DNA of 64,000 bases, taken from the NCBI RefSeq assembly GCF_009914755.1, contig NC_060933.1; one strand, written 5' to 3'. Position 1 is the stretch's first letter. Each line of letters starts with the position of its first letter. This DNA comes from the human T2T-CHM13v2.0 reference genome, Homo sapiens. Position numbers and translations under genes: made by a program. Below, one piece after another: positions 1 to 16,397 of this stretch. The notes beneath the pieces were generated by a model, which ran no database searches, had not been told where the DNA came from, and was given only the letters and a program-made list of their open reading frames with translations.

Positions 1-895
1 AATATTTGCAAATTATATCTAAAAGGGGTTAATATCCAGAATACTTGTCTATAGAGAACCACTACAAGTCAACAACAAAAGACAATCTGTTAAAAAAATG
101 GGCCAAGAACTTGAATAGACATTCCTCCCAAGAAGAAGTATAAACATTAAAAAAATGTTCAGTGCCTTTAATCAAATTAAAACTACAATGAGCGATCGCC
201 TACCCATCAGGATGGTCACTACAAAAAAAGACCAAGCAAAACATATTGGAAGGATGAGAAGAAACTGGAACCCTTTTACACTGTTGGTAGGAATGAAAAA
301 ATGGTGCAGCTGCTATGGAAAAATGATCTGAGGTTCCCCAAATAATTAAAAATAGAACTACTATATGATCCAGGAATCTCACTTCTGGGTATGTATGCAA
401 AAGAACTAAAATAATTATGTCAAAGAGTTATCTGCATACCCATGTTAACTGCAGCATTATTCACAAAAGTCAAGAGTTGGAAGCAACCCAAATGTCTATT
501 AAAAGATGAATAAAGAAAATGTGGAATATACATATAATGGAATACTATTTGACCTTAACAAAGAAGAAAATTCTGTCACATGCTACAACATGAATGAACC
601 TTGAGGATATTGTACTAAGTGAAATAAGCCAATCACAAAAAGACAAGTATTGTATGATTACATTTATAGGAGGTTTCAAAAATAGACAAACTCATAGAAA
701 CAGAAACTACAATGGTGATTGCCAGAGACTGGGGACATGGAGAAATGGGGAGACGTTGTTTAACTGGTTTAGTTTCAGGTTTGCAAGATTAAAAAGTTCT
801 GGAGATTTGTTACACAACACTGTGCATACAGTGAACGCTACTGAACTGTGCACTTAAAAAGTGGTTGAAATGGTAAATTTCTTATGTGTTTTAAA
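1..895 (+). mobile_element. Old L1 (L1MA/MB-type), ORF2 C-terminus and 3' UTR
   Basis: L1 3' motifs such as ggaagcaacccaaatgtc and gctactgaactgtgcacttaaaaagtggtt; the last bases resume after the Alu at ~1244-1270. Confidence 0.9.
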
Positions 896-906
896 ATATA
901 TATATA

Positions 907-1225
907 TTTTTTAATTTTTAATTTTTTTTTAATTTTTTTGAGACAGAGTCTCACTCTGTTGCCTGGGCTGGAGTGCAGTGGCGTGATCTCGGCTCACTGC
1001 AAGCTCTGCCTCCTGGGTTCACGCCATTCTCCTGCCTCAGCCTCCTGAGCAGCTGGGACTACAGGTGCCCGCCACCAGGCCCAGCTAATTTTTTTGTAGT
1101 TTTTAGTAGAGATGGGGTTTTTCACCGTGTTAGCCAGGCTGGTCTCGAACTCCCGACCTCAGGTGATCCGCCCACCTCGGCCTCCCAAAGTGCTGGGATT
1201 ACCGCGTGAGCCACCACGCCTGGCC
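907..1225 (-). mobile_element. Alu, chimeric (AluS-type 5' end, AluY-type remainder)
   Basis: Full dimer; TSD tatgtgtttt(t)aaaat on both sides; mixed diagnostic positions. Confidence 0.9.
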
Positions 1226-1334
1226 TGTATGTGTTTTTAAAATCACAATGAGAAATTAAAAAATAAAATGAAAATAAGAAATGCTTAGCATATAAGAAAG
1301 TGAAGCATCGAAGCCCACGAAGATACAGCGAGTT

Positions 1335-1440
1335 TGCTTACTCCCAGCTTGTCTGGCACTGTCCAGATCTTACTGCCGATAGCCCTGCACCCTGAGTATA
1401 ACCTCAGTCCCAGGCACACCAGGTGTTTGGATATTCTATA
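1335..1440. mobile_element. MER81-like hAT MITE remnant
   Basis: tcccagcttgtctggcactgtcc...cctcagtcccaggcacaccagg resembles the MER81 consensus. Confidence 0.5.
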
Positions 1441-2039
1441 TGAAAACCAGAGCATTTAAAGAAATGGTGTAAACAGAATAAAGGTATTTTGTTGAAAGTA
1501 AAGTATAATGCTATCCTTACTTGGTAATCCCATTGCCTTTAAAGTGAAGCATATTACTGGGATGTAAACCTGTATTTTTCTCTCTTGGCTCTTTAACAGA
1601 TTCTCCAGATCTGTCTTATTTATATTTCCTTCAAAATACTTCTGTGATTTCTATCTTTTCTTGTTTCCAAGCCACACTTCAGCTTCATTCCTTATGCACA
1701 GGAGAGCCTGTTCTTGGTTTCTTTTCTTCCAGGTTCTGATTTTTAATCTGCCCAAATTGTAACTGGGACATTTATTGACAAAAAGAAATTTGAACATGTA
1801 ACAGCCTTTTTTTTCCTTCTAATTTTTAAGTGGTTTCTAATTAGGTAATTTCCTGAAGATTAAAGTTCTTAAAGTCTCTGATTTATTAGTTCATCATTCT
1901 TAATTTTTTCAGTTTTCTATCATTGTCTAGTAGAGTATGTCCAGTTGATAGGATATCTGAGGACATATTATCTCTCCATCAATTTATTTCTGTATTACAC
2001 ACACTTTCTCTCCATTCTCTTCTTCAGACCTTCTGCACC

Positions 2040-2132
2040 ACCTCCCCTCAACAGTTGTAACAAATAAAAATGTCTCCAGACATTGCTGAATGTCCCGAGG
2101 CGGCAAAATTTCCCCTGGTTGAGCACAGCTGA
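2040..2132. mobile_element. MER20 (hAT-Charlie) fragment
   Basis: aaaaatgtctccagacattgctgaatgtccc...ggcaaaat..cccctggttgag is the typical MER20 end. Confidence 0.75.
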
Positions 2133-2245
2133 TAGAAATAATGCCCAAATTTCAAGATTTTTTCCAAAGTGGTCTTCATATTCAATTCCCAAACGTGTAC
2201 TTAACATTGTTCTTTCTGAAAAGAGTACTTTCCCCATTTTCTCTA

Positions 2246-2713
<468 letters not shown>

Positions 2714-2879
2714 TCAATCACTCATATAGTGCTGTTGTTAACATAAATATCCAAATCTTCACAGAGGAACAGAGGACAATATGACAATAAGCACTACATT
2801 TTCAAGTGTCTTTTATACCCATTGAAAATTTGGTAGAAATTAGATATCTAGGAATTTCCCCTAACAGAGTAAATATACA

Positions 2880-3190
<311 letters not shown>

Positions 3191-3883
3191 GATGTCAAGT
3201 CCTTAGTCATTATAAAAATGATGCTTAATCATTTTCTTGGATTTTGCAGATGAATTGGTGAATAGCTTTGTGACAGACCTTTGTTCAAGATCCATTCAAG
3301 GATAGAAGACAATTGCATTGAATGGTTGAATAGGGAGATTTCTCAGGAGAATGTTGCTGGGTGCGGTTGAATATTTACTCTCCCACATCCTTGCCTGGCA
3401 GGAGGGCCTGTAAGGAGGCTATTCTATGAGCTTGTATCATCTCCCTGGATTCTAGGAGCAAATTAAGAAGCAAATGTTGGACCTCTGCCTGTGAAAACCA
3501 CAGGTCCAAGACACTGAGAGGAACCAGGAACCACGGTAAGAAGAGAGGAAAGTGGTGTGGGTGCCTACACTTTCATCATTTGCATGACAAGGGGGTCCCA
3601 TGAGTCAAGTACAGTCTAGGAGGTAATTGAGGTGGAGCTGTGCAGAAGGGACCCTGACCAAGAGTTGAGGGGCACCAGCGGAGAGGCTGTGGGTTGCACC
3701 TCCAGGGGCGGATGCTGGAAGTGGTGCCTGAAAGGAGTCAGCAGGGAGAGCCACATTGCTTGTATCTTGAGACATAACTGGGTGTGCAAAATGGGAAATC
3801 ACTGTGGATCTCTCAGTAGGAATCTTTCAGGGATAGAGCCGGTTGTGAACATTCTGTAACATCAGATTAAATAGGGCCTTTTC

Positions 3884-4341
<458 letters not shown>

Positions 4342-5003
4342 CTAATTATTGAAATAATACTGTTGTGGCCAGGGCTGATGTTTAGCTGAGATGTACTGGT
4401 GTGGTTGCACTGGTTATTAAAATATTAAAATACTTTAATATTGGTTGGTAAACAGTCCTGATCCTAGGCCCCTTGAGGGCCTCCCCTTGGCCCTGGAAAC
4501 CCTGTGGGCACTGCTATTCCTTCTTCCCACCCCCTCCACACACTTCCTATCCCTGAGACCAGTGTCCCCGGCGGTGAGGCTGACGCTCCAGTGGGCTGTA
4601 CCCAATGTCTCTGGTTTTGCAGCCGGGCTTCCTGGGATTGTCCTCATGTGATCCTTATGGGAACAGCAACTTCCTCAATTGTCACCTCTTTTAAATGTCA
4701 CCCAAGATCTGTTATGAACTGGCTCAAGTTTTATGCAAAAGAGTCTCCCAAAATCGGCCTCAAAAGCACTTTTGTTAGGACATTTTTGAGAAAAAAATAT
4801 ATGATGCTTTATGATTTTATTCTACTTTTTCAATGTCACATTTACAAATGTTTATAATTAAGTTAAAAGGGTGAGGCAGAAAACCAGGCAACTCTGTACT
4901 GATTTTTGTAATATAATCTGTCTCAAAATATACCATTAGAAGTTTAAATATTTAAATAGTTATAACCATTTCTAGGGGATGGTAACATGGCTAACTTTTA
5001 GAC

Positions 5004-5312
<309 letters not shown>

Positions 5313-5336
5313 CTGGCCAGTATTTCTTAAGTTTCA

Positions 5337-5338
<2 letters not shown>

Positions 5339-5394
<56 letters not shown>
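5339..5394. repeat. A-run plus (TA)n microsatellite
   Basis: Directly visible. Confidence 0.97.
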
Positions 5395-5399
<5 letters not shown>

Positions 5400-5999
5400 C
5401 TTTTGACTATTACTATTTTGAATGAGAGGAATAAAATAATACATGCAACTAAATGGGATTTTGTATTTTTCCTTCACATACATTGACCTACGTTTAAAAT
5501 GTAAGCCTCTCACCCTCCTGACAACTCCATATCCCCACCCCCTGCTCTATGTGGTCAGAGTTGGTGCATCCCAATGCCTTGAATAGGGTCTGACACATTT
5601 GCTGTTGGAATCACTTGAATCATTTCACTTAGCAGGAACATAGTAAAGTATAAATGATGCTGAGGTATAGCTCCCCAAGGAGGAGGACACAGAACAGGTT
5701 CTCTGTGGGGACAGGAGGAGGGACTGGCCCTGTGTACCCACTGCCTCCCCACGGCTTCCTCAACTTTTGCTTGATTTTTCCTCAATCAGGAACATGACAT
5801 CACATTCATCCAGACCTTGAACCTACCTTATTAGGTTTATTCCTAGGTATTTTCTTGTTTTTCTGACATGCAAATATAATCTTTTTCCTTATTTCAATTT
5901 TCTGGTTGATTATTTCCATCATAAAGGAAAGTTGCTCTGTAAAATTTACCTGTTTCTAGCCACGCGATAAAATTTTCTTATTAGTTTCAATGGTGACTG

Positions 6000-6002
<3 letters not shown>

Positions 6003-6040
<38 letters not shown>
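6003..6040. repeat. (AC)19 microsatellite at the L1 tail position
   Basis: Directly visible; abuts the L1PA 3' end. Confidence 0.97.
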
Positions 6041-6042
<2 letters not shown>

Positions 6043-7428
6043 TAAGTTCTGAGATACATATGCAGAACGTGCAGGTTTGTTACATAGGTGTACACGTGCT
6101 ATGGTGGTTTGCTGCACCCATCACCCCATCATCAACATTAGGTATTTCTCCTAATGCTATCCTTCCCCTAGGCCCCCACCCCCACCGACAGGCCCTAGTG
6201 TGTGATGTTGCCCTCCCTGTGTCCATGTGTTCTCATTGTTCAACTCCCACTTAATGACTGAGAACATGGGGTGTTTCATTTTCTGTTCCTGGGTAAGTTT
6301 GCTGAGAATGATGGTTTCTAGCTTCATCCATGTCCCTGAAAAGGATGTGAACTCATCCTTTTTTATGACTGCATAGTATTCCATGGTGTATATGTACCAC
6401 ATTTTCTTTATCCAGTCTGTCACTGATGGGCATTTGGGTTGGTTCCAAGTCTTTGCTATTGTGAACAGTGCTGCAATAAACATACATTTCCATGTGTCTT
6501 TATAGTAGAATGATTTATAATCCTTTGGGTTATATACCCAGTAATGGTATTGCTGGGTCAAATGGTATTTCTGGTTCTAGATCCTTGAGGAATCGCTACA
6601 CTGTCTTCCACAATGGTTGAACTAATTCACACTTCTACCCACAGTGTAAAAGCATCCCTATTTCTCCACATCCTCTCCAGCATCTGTGGTTTCCTGACTT
6701 TTTAATGATTGCCATTCTAGCTGGCAATCTCTTTGTGGTTTTGGTATCTCATTGTGGTTTTGATTTGCATTTCTCTAATGACCAGTGATGATGAGCTTTT
6801 TTTCATATGTTTTTTGGCCACATAAATGTCTTCTTTTGAGAAGTGTCTGTTCATATCCTTTGCCCACTTTTTGATGGATGGGGTTTTTTATTTTTACTTG
6901 TAAATTTCTTTAAGTTCCTTGTAGATTCTGGATATTAGCCCTTTGTCAGAAGGATAGATTGCAAAAATTTTCTCCCATTCTGTAGGTTGCCTGTTCAGTC
7001 TGATGACAGTTTCCTTTGCTATGCAGAAGCTCTTTAGTTTAATTAAATCTCATTTGTCAGTTTTGGCTTTTGTTGCCATTGCTTTTGGTGTTTTAGTCAT
7101 GAAGTCTTTGCTCATGCCTATGTTGTGAATGGTATTGCCTAGGTTTTCTTCTAGGGTTTTTAGGGTTTTTATGGTTTTAGGTCTAACATTTAAGTCTTTA
7201 ATCCATCTTGAGTTAATTTTTGTATAAGGTGTAAGGAAGGGATCCAGTTTCAGTTTTTTTGCATATGGCTAGCCAGTTTTCCCAACACCATTTATTAAAT
7301 AGGGAATCCTTTCCCCATTGCTTGTTTTTGTCAGGTTTGTCAAAAATCAGATGGTTGTAGATGTGTGGCATTATTTCTGAGGCTTCTGTTCTGTTCCATT
7401 GGTCTATATATCTGTTTTGGTACCAGTA
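6041..7428 (-). mobile_element. 5'-truncated L1PA (L1PA7-like)
   Basis: 3' UTR tttaagttct...cagaacgtgcaggtttgttac; ORF2 peptides MFIAALFTIAKTWNQPKCPS and [14 protein letters not shown]; TSD aatggt(g/t)act. Confidence 0.93.
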
Positions 7429-9669
7429 AATGGTTACTTTTTTTAAAAAGCAAACTCTTTCGAATTTTGTATGTTTATAATACAGCAAATAATTTTGTCT
7501 TGCTTTTAGAAAAAAATTGAGGTAAAATTCACGTAACATAAAGTTAACCATTTTACAGTGAACAATTCGGTGACACTGAGCATATTTACAATGTTATAGA
7601 AGTACCACCTCTGTTTAGTTTCAAAATATTTTCATCACTGCAAAATAAAACCATGTAAGCAGTCAAATCCCACCTGTCCTCTCCTCCTGTCTCTGTCAAC
7701 CACCGATCTGTTTTATGGGTTTACCTATCCTGGATATTTCATATAAATGAAATTATACAATAACCCTGTATAATTTTTTGTGGGCCTGACTTCTTTCATT
7801 TAGCATAATGTTTTTGAGGTTCATTCATGTTATAGCATTTATCAGTACTCCACTTCTTTTTATGGCTGCATAATATTCCACTATATGTGTATATCATAAT
7901 TTGTTTATACATTCCTCTGTTGACGGACATCTGGGTTGTTTCCAACTTTTGGCTGTTTTGAATAGAGCTCTTTTGAACATGTATGTACATGTATTTGTTT
8001 GAGAACTCGTTTTCATTTCTTTGGGGTATATACCTAGGAGTGAAATTGCTGAGTCATATAGTAATTCTATGTTCAACTTTTTGACCACTGCCAAACTGTT
8101 TTCCGCAAACATCATCATCACTAGCCATGTATGATTTACTCCACATCTTCACCAACACTTGGTGTTTAATATTTTTTTTTTAATTATAGCCATCCTGGTA
8201 GTGAAGTGGTATCTCATCGTGGTTTTGATTTGTATTTCTCTAATAACTAATAATATTGAACATCTTTTCATGTGCTTGTTGGCCATTTGTAGATCTTCTT
8301 TGGAGAAATACCTATATAAACTCTTTGACCATTTGATTTTAATTGAGTTGTTTGTCTTTCTATTGTTGAGTAGTTAAAGTTCTTTATATAGACACATCAT
8401 TTAGAGATTTGCAATTTTTTTCTCCCATTCTGTAGGCTATTTTTAAACTTTCCTAATAATATCATTTGGTGTACAAAAGTTTTAAATTTTGATGGAGCCC
8501 AATTTATATATTTCTTAATTTGTTGTTCATGCTTTTGGGGTCATGTCTAAGAACATGTATGTACCTAATCTGTATCTGAGAACCTAATCTCAGATTCAAG
8601 ATCAGGAAGATTTAACCATAGGTTTTCTTCTAAGAGTTTTGTAGATTTAGCTCTTGCATTTAGGTCTTTGATACATTTTGAGTTAGTTTTTCTATATGGT
8701 ATGAAATAAGGGTTCAACTTCATTCTTTTGCACGTGGCTATTTGGTTGTCTAAGCACTATTTGTTGAAGAGACTATTCTTTCCCCATTGAATGGTCTTTG
8801 CACCCCGTCAAAAATTAATCACCACAAATGAATGGGCTTATTTCTGGAATCACAATTCTATTTTCTCATCTATATGTTTATCCATAAGGATAAACAGTGC
8901 CACACTGTTTTGATTATTGTTAACTTTGTAATAAGTTTTGAAATTAGAAAGCGTGAGTCCTCCAACTTTACTCTTCTTTTTCAATAATACTGTCTTAGCT
9001 GTTCGAGATCTTTTGCAATTCCTTACATATTTGATAATTAGCTTTTCAATTTCTGCAAAAAGGCTATTCAAATTTTGACATAGATTGTATTGAAACTAGA
9101 TCTGTTTAAGTATTGCCATTGTGGCAATATAAGTCTTCCAATCCATGAACACAAGGCATATTTCCATTTATTTAGGTATTCTTTAATTTCTTTCAGCAAT
9201 GGTTTGTAGTTTTCATTGTGTAATACTTTCACTTCCTTGATAATATTTAATTTGAGGTTTTTAAAATCATTTTTATGCTATTATAAATGGAATTGTCTTA
9301 ATTTAGTTTTTAAATTATTCACTGCACCTTTCTAAGAACACATGTGATTTTTGTGTTCAGCTGTACCTTTGCTGAATTTGTTTATTAGCTGTAGTAGTGG
9401 ATTCTTTGGGATTTTCTATATCTAGGTTTATCAGTGAATAGAGATCTTTTGATGCTTCTTATTTATTTTTCATTTCTGATTTCTCTGGCTAAAACTTCCA
9501 GTACAATGTTAAATGAAAGTGGTAAAAGGGGTCCTCCTTGTTTTGTTCCTGACCTTAGGGGAAAGTTTTAGTCTTTAACCAGTGAATATGATTTTGACTA
9601 TGGGTTTTTCATAAATGCCCTTATTTTATGTTAAGGAATTCCCCTTCAATTTCTAATTTTATATGAGGA

Positions 9670-9976
<307 letters not shown>

Positions 9977-10962
9977 TGAGGATTTTTATCATGAAAGTGT
10001 GGCAGATTTTGTTGAATGCATTTTCTGCAGTTGAGATGATCCTGAATTTCTCCTCGCCCCCACACACCTTTATCCTATTAATGTCATATAATACATTGGG
10101 TTTCTAATGTTGGACCATCCTTGCTTTCCTGGGCTGAATTCCACTTAGATATGGTATAAAATCCTTTTAATATGCTGTTGGATTTTATTTGCTAGCATTT
10201 TGTTGTGGATTTTTGCATCTTTATTCATAAGGGTTATTGGTCTGTAGCTTTCTTTTCTTGGAATATCTTTCCCTGGTTTTCATATCAGGGTAATGCTGTC
10301 CTTATAGAATAAATTAGAAAGTGTTCCCTCCTTTTCAATTTTTTGGAAAAGCTTGAGAAGGATAGATATTAATTGTTTTTTAATTTGTATTTTTATTTCA
10401 ATAGTTTTGGAGGTACGGGTAGTTTTTGCTTACATGGATAAGTTCTTTGGTGGTAATTTCTGAGATTTTGGTGTACCTGTCACCTGAGCAGTGTACACTG
10501 TACCCAACATGTAGTCTTTTATCACTTATGCCTCTCCCACTCTTCCCCTGAGTCCCCAAAGTCCATTATATCATTCTTATGTATTTGCATCCTCATATCT
10601 TAGCTCCCACTTATAAGGGAGAACATATGATATTTGGTTTTCCATTCTTGAGTTACTTCACTTAAAATAATGGCCCCCAACTCCACCCAAGTTGCTGCAA
10701 AAGACATTATTTTATTTCTTTTTATGTCTGAGTTGTATTCCATGGTGTATATATACTACATTTTCTTTATTCACTCATTGGTTGATGGGCACTTAGGTTG
10801 ATTCCATATCTTTGCAACTGCAAATTGTGCTGCTATCAACATGCATGTGTGTGCATGTATCTTTTTTCATATAGTGACTTATTTCCCTTTGGGTACTTAC
10901 CCAATAGCAGGATTGCTGGATCGAATGGTAGTTCTACTTTTGGTCCTTTAAAACTGTTTTCT

Positions 10963-11289
10963 GGCCTGGCGCAGTGGCTCACGCCTGTAATCCCAGCACT
11001 TTGGGAGGCCTAGGCAGGCAGATCACGAGGTCAGGAGATCAAGACCATCATGGCTAACACGGTGAAACCCTGTCTCTACTAAAAAATACAAAAAATTAGC
11101 CGGGCATGGTGGCGGGTGCCTGTAGTCCCAGCTACTCGGGAGGCTGAGGCAGGAGAATGGCGTGAACCCTGGGAGGTGGAGCTTGCAGTGAGCCAACATG
11201 GTGCCACTGCAGTCTAGCCTGGGCAACAGAGCAAGACTCTGTCTCAAAAAATAAATAAATAAATAAAATAAAAAACCAAAAAAAAAAAT
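10963..11289 (+). mobile_element. AluY inside L1PB
   Basis: AluY diagnostics and A tail. Confidence 0.94.
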
Positions 11290-12503
11290 CTGTGTTTTCC
11301 GCAGTGGAAAACTAGTTTTTCCATACTGTTTTCCATAGTGGTTGTACTAGTTTACATTCCTACCAGCAGTGTAGATGTGTTACCTTTCCACCACATCCAC
11401 GCCAACATCTATTGTATTTTGACTTTTTAATTATGGCCATTCTTGCAAGAGAAAGGTGATATCTCATTGTGGTTTTAATTTGTATTTCCCTGATAATTAG
11501 TGATGTTGAGCATTTTTTTCACTTTGTTGGATGTTTGTATATTTTCTTTTGACAATTGTCTATTCATGTCCTTTGCCCACTTTTTCATGGAACTATTATT
11601 ATTTTTTACTGTTGATTTGTTTGAGTTCTTGTAGATTTTGGATATCAGTCCTTTGTCAAATGCATAATTTGCAAATACTTTCTCCCAATCTGTAGGTTGT
11701 CTGTTTACTCTGCTGATTATTTCTTTTACTTTGTAGTAGAAGCTTTTTAGTTTAATTAGGTGTCATGTATTTATTTTTGTTTTTGTTGCATTGCTTTTGG
11801 GGTCATAGTCAAGAATTCTTTGCCTAAGCCAATGTCTAGAAGACTTTTTCTGATGTTATCTTCTAAAATTTTTATGGCTTCAGGTCTTAGATTTAAGTCT
11901 AAGTTTTCTTAGATTTAAGCCATTTTGAGTTGACTTTTGTATAAGTGAGAGATGAGGATTCAGTTTCATTCTTCTATGTGTGGCTTCCCAGTTTTCCCAG
12001 CACCACTTATTGAATAGAGTGTCCTTTCCCCAATTTATGTTTTTGTTTGTGTTGTTGAAGATCAGTTGGCTGTAAGTATGTTGGCTTTATTTATGTGTTC
12101 TCTGTTCTATTCCATTGGTCTATGTGCTTACTTTTATACCAGTACCATGCTGTTTTGGTGACTTTAGCCTTGTAGTATAATTTGAAGTTGGGTAATGTGA
12201 TGCCTCCAGATTTGTTCTTTTTGCTTAGTATTGCTTTGGCTATGCAGGTTCTTTTTTGGTTCCATATGAATTTCAGGATTGCTTTTTCTGGTTCTATAAA
12301 GAATGATGATGGTATTTTGTTGGGAATTGCATTGAATCTGTAGATTGCTTTGGACAGTATGGTCATTTTCACAATATTTATTCTACCCATCTGTGAGTGT
12401 GGGATGTGTTTCCATTTGTTTGTGTCATCTATGAATCTTTCAGTAGTGTTTTGTAGTTTTCCTTGTAGAGATCTTTCACCTCCTTGGTTAAATATATTTG
12501 TAA

Positions 12504-12848
<345 letters not shown>

Positions 12849-13302
12849 GAATTGAATTCTTAATTTGATTCTTAGCTTGGTCACTGTTGGTGTATAGCAG
12901 TGTTACTGATTTATGTACATTTATTTTGTATCCTGAGACTTTATTGAATTCATTTGTTAGGTCTAGGAGCTTTTCAGATGAGTCTTTAAGGTTTTCTAGG
13001 TATAGAATTATATCAGCAGTGAACAGCAACAGTTTGACTTCCTCTTTTCCAGTTTGGATGCCCTTTATTTCTTTCTCTTGTCTGATTTCTCTGGCCAGCA
13101 CTTCCAGTACTGTGTTAAGTAGAAGCAGTAAAAGTGGGCATCCTTGTCTTGTTCCAGTTCTCAGGGGGAATGCTTTCAGCTTTTCCCTATTCAGTATGAT
13201 GTTGCATATGGGTTTGTCATATATGGCTTTTATTACTTTAAGATATGTCCCTTCTATGCTTATTTTGTGGAAGGTTTTTATTATAAAGGAATGCTGGATT
13301 TA

Positions 13303-14810
13303 TATATAATGATAAAAGGATTAGTCAAACAGGAAGATATTATGATCCTAAATTTATATGCACCTAACACTGGAGCTTCCAAATTTATAAAACAATTACT
13401 ACTAGACCTAAGAAATGAGATAAACAGCAGTACAAATATAGTGGGGGACTTCAATACTCCACTGACAGCACTAGACAGGTCATCAAGACAGAAAGTCAAC
13501 AAAGAAATAATGGACTTAAACTAAACCCTAGAAGAAATGGACTTAACAGATAATTGCAAAACATTCTTCCCAACAACTGCAGGATATACATTTTTTTTTC
13601 ATCAGCACATGGAACGTTCTCCAAGATAACCTATGATAGGTTACAAAACAAGTCCCAACAAATTTAACGAAATTGAAATCATATCAAGTATTTTCTCAGA
13701 CCATAGTGGAATAAAACTGGAAAGCAACTCCGGAAAGAACACTTAAAATGATATAAATACATGGAAATTACATAATCTGTTCTTGAATGATTTGGTGGTT
13801 AACAATGAAATCAAGATAGGAATTAAAAATTCTTTGAAATGAATGAGAACAATGGCACAACTTATCAAAACTTCTGGGATACAGCAAAACTGGTGCTAAG
13901 AGGAAAGTTTATAGCATTAAATGCCTACGTCAAAAAGTCTGAAAGAACACAAATAGAAAACCTAATGTCATACCTGAAGGAACTAGAGAAACAAGAACAA
14001 ACTAAACTGAAACTCAGCAGAAGAAAAGAAATAACAAAGATGGAAGAGAACTAAATGAAATTGAAACAAAAAATACAAAAGATAAATGAAATGAAAAGCT
14101 GGTTCTTTGAAATGATAAACAAAGTTGATGACCATTAGGGAGATTAACCAAGAAGAGAAAAGATTCATATAACCTCAAGTAGAAATGAAACTGGAGATAG
14201 TACAACCAATACCACAGAAATACACAAGATCGTTCAAGGATATTATAAACACCTTTACATGCACAGACTAGAAAGTCTAGAGGAGATGAATAAACTGCTG
14301 GAAATATACAACCCTCCTAGACTAAATCAGGAAGAAATAGAAACCCTGAACAGACCAATAACAAGCAGCAAGATTGATCAGTGATTAAAAAAACAAAACA
14401 AAACACTGCCAACAAAAAAAGAATCGAGAACCAGATGGATTAACAGTTGAAATCTATCAGACATTCAAAGAAGAACTGGTTATCAATCCTACTGAAACTA
14501 TTCCAAAAGATAGAGAAAGAGGGAATCCTCCATAAATCAGTCTAGGAAGCCAGTATCACCCTAATACCAAAAGGAGGAGAGGACATAACAAAGCAAACAA
14601 ACTACAAACCAATATCCCTGAACATAGATGCAAAAATCCCCAACAAAATACTAGCTAACTGAATCCAACAGCATATGAAAAAGATAATGCATCATGATCA
14701 AGTGGGTTTTATATCAGGGATGCAAGGATGGTTTAACATACACAAGTCAATAAATGTGATACATCACATAAACAAAATTAAACAAAAACTATACGATTAT
14801 ATCAATAGGT
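13303..14810 (+). mobile_element. Inverted 5' segment of the same L1PB (ORF2 endonuclease to start of RT)
   Basis: YIMIKGL..NLYAPNTGA..IVGDFNTPL through [18 protein letters not shown] on the + strand. Confidence 0.9.
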
Positions 14811-14990
14811 GTGAATCCCTCTTTAAATGTTTGGTAGAGTTAATCAGAGAAGCTATCTGGTCCTGAAATTTTTTGTTGTTGGTGGTAAGTTTTAATTACT
14901 GATTGAATTACTTCACTTGTTATAGGTCTATTCAGATTTTCTATTCTCGAGTCAATTTTGATAGATTGTGTGTTTCTAGGAATTTGCTAA

Positions 14991-15339
<349 letters not shown>

Positions 15340-15642
15340 TGATTTGACTACATTCATAATTTGGGTATATCATGTTTTCATTTTCATTTGGCTCAAAATA
15401 TTTTCTAATATCCCTTATAACTTTTTATTTGACCTATAGGCTGCTTAAAATTGTGTTAATTTCTACATATTTGTAAATTTTCCAGTTTTTCTTCTGTTAT
15501 TGATTTTTAGTTTCATTCTGTATTTGTCAGAGAAGATAATTTACATAACTTTATCTTTTTACATTTATTGAAACTTGTTTTATGGCCTACCCTGACACAT
15601 GATCCACGTGCTTTGTGTATTTTGCAATTGTTTGGTGGAGTA

Positions 15643-15950
15643 TTTTCTTTTTTTTTTCTTTTTGAGACGTAGTATTGCTCTGTCGCCCAGGCTGGAGTGC
15701 AGTGCCGCAGATCTCGGCTTCCTGCAAGCTCCGCCTCCCGGGTTCACGCCATTCTCCTGCCTCAGACTCCAAAGTAGCTGGGACTACAGGTGCCCGCCAC
15801 CACACCTGGCTAATTTTTTTCTTGTATTCTTTAGTAGAGACGGGGTTTCACCGTGTTAGCCAGGATGGTCTTGATGTCCTGACCTCGTGATCAGCCCGCC
15901 TCGGCCTCCCAAAGTGCTGGGATTACAGGCGTGAGCCACCGCGCCTGGCC
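15643..15950 (-). mobile_element. AluY
   Basis: TSD gtggagtatttt. Confidence 0.94.
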
Positions 15951-16064
15951 TCGTGGAGTATTTTCTATATGTCTGTTAGGTCTTGTTGATTTACAGTGTT
16001 TTTCAAGTCCTCTATTTCTTTATTGATCTTCTGTCTAGATGTTCTATCTGTTATTGAAAGTGAC

Positions 16065-16397
16065 TGTTTGAGTCCATTTAGTGTTGCTGTAACAGACTAC
16101 CTGTGACTAGGTAATTTATAAAGAGAAGAGGTTTATTTGGCCCATGATTCTGGTGACTTGAAGGTTCAAGATTGAGCAGCTGCACCTAGTGAGGGCCTCC
16201 CTCATGCTGCTTCCACTCATGGCAGAAAGTGGATGGGGTGTGGGCGTGTGCAAAGAGATCACGTGGTGAAAAAGAAAGCAAGAGAGAGAGAGATACACCC
16301 ACTGACCCAAACACCTCCCAGTGGGCTCCTCCGTTTAGCAGTGTTACATGGAGGATCAAGTTTCCACATGAGCTTTGGCAAGGCCAGACCACATTCA
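16065..16397 (-). mobile_element. MaLR LTR (MSTB-type)
   Basis: ggtaatttataaagagaagaggtttatttgg...cttccactcatggcagaaag. Confidence 0.8.
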
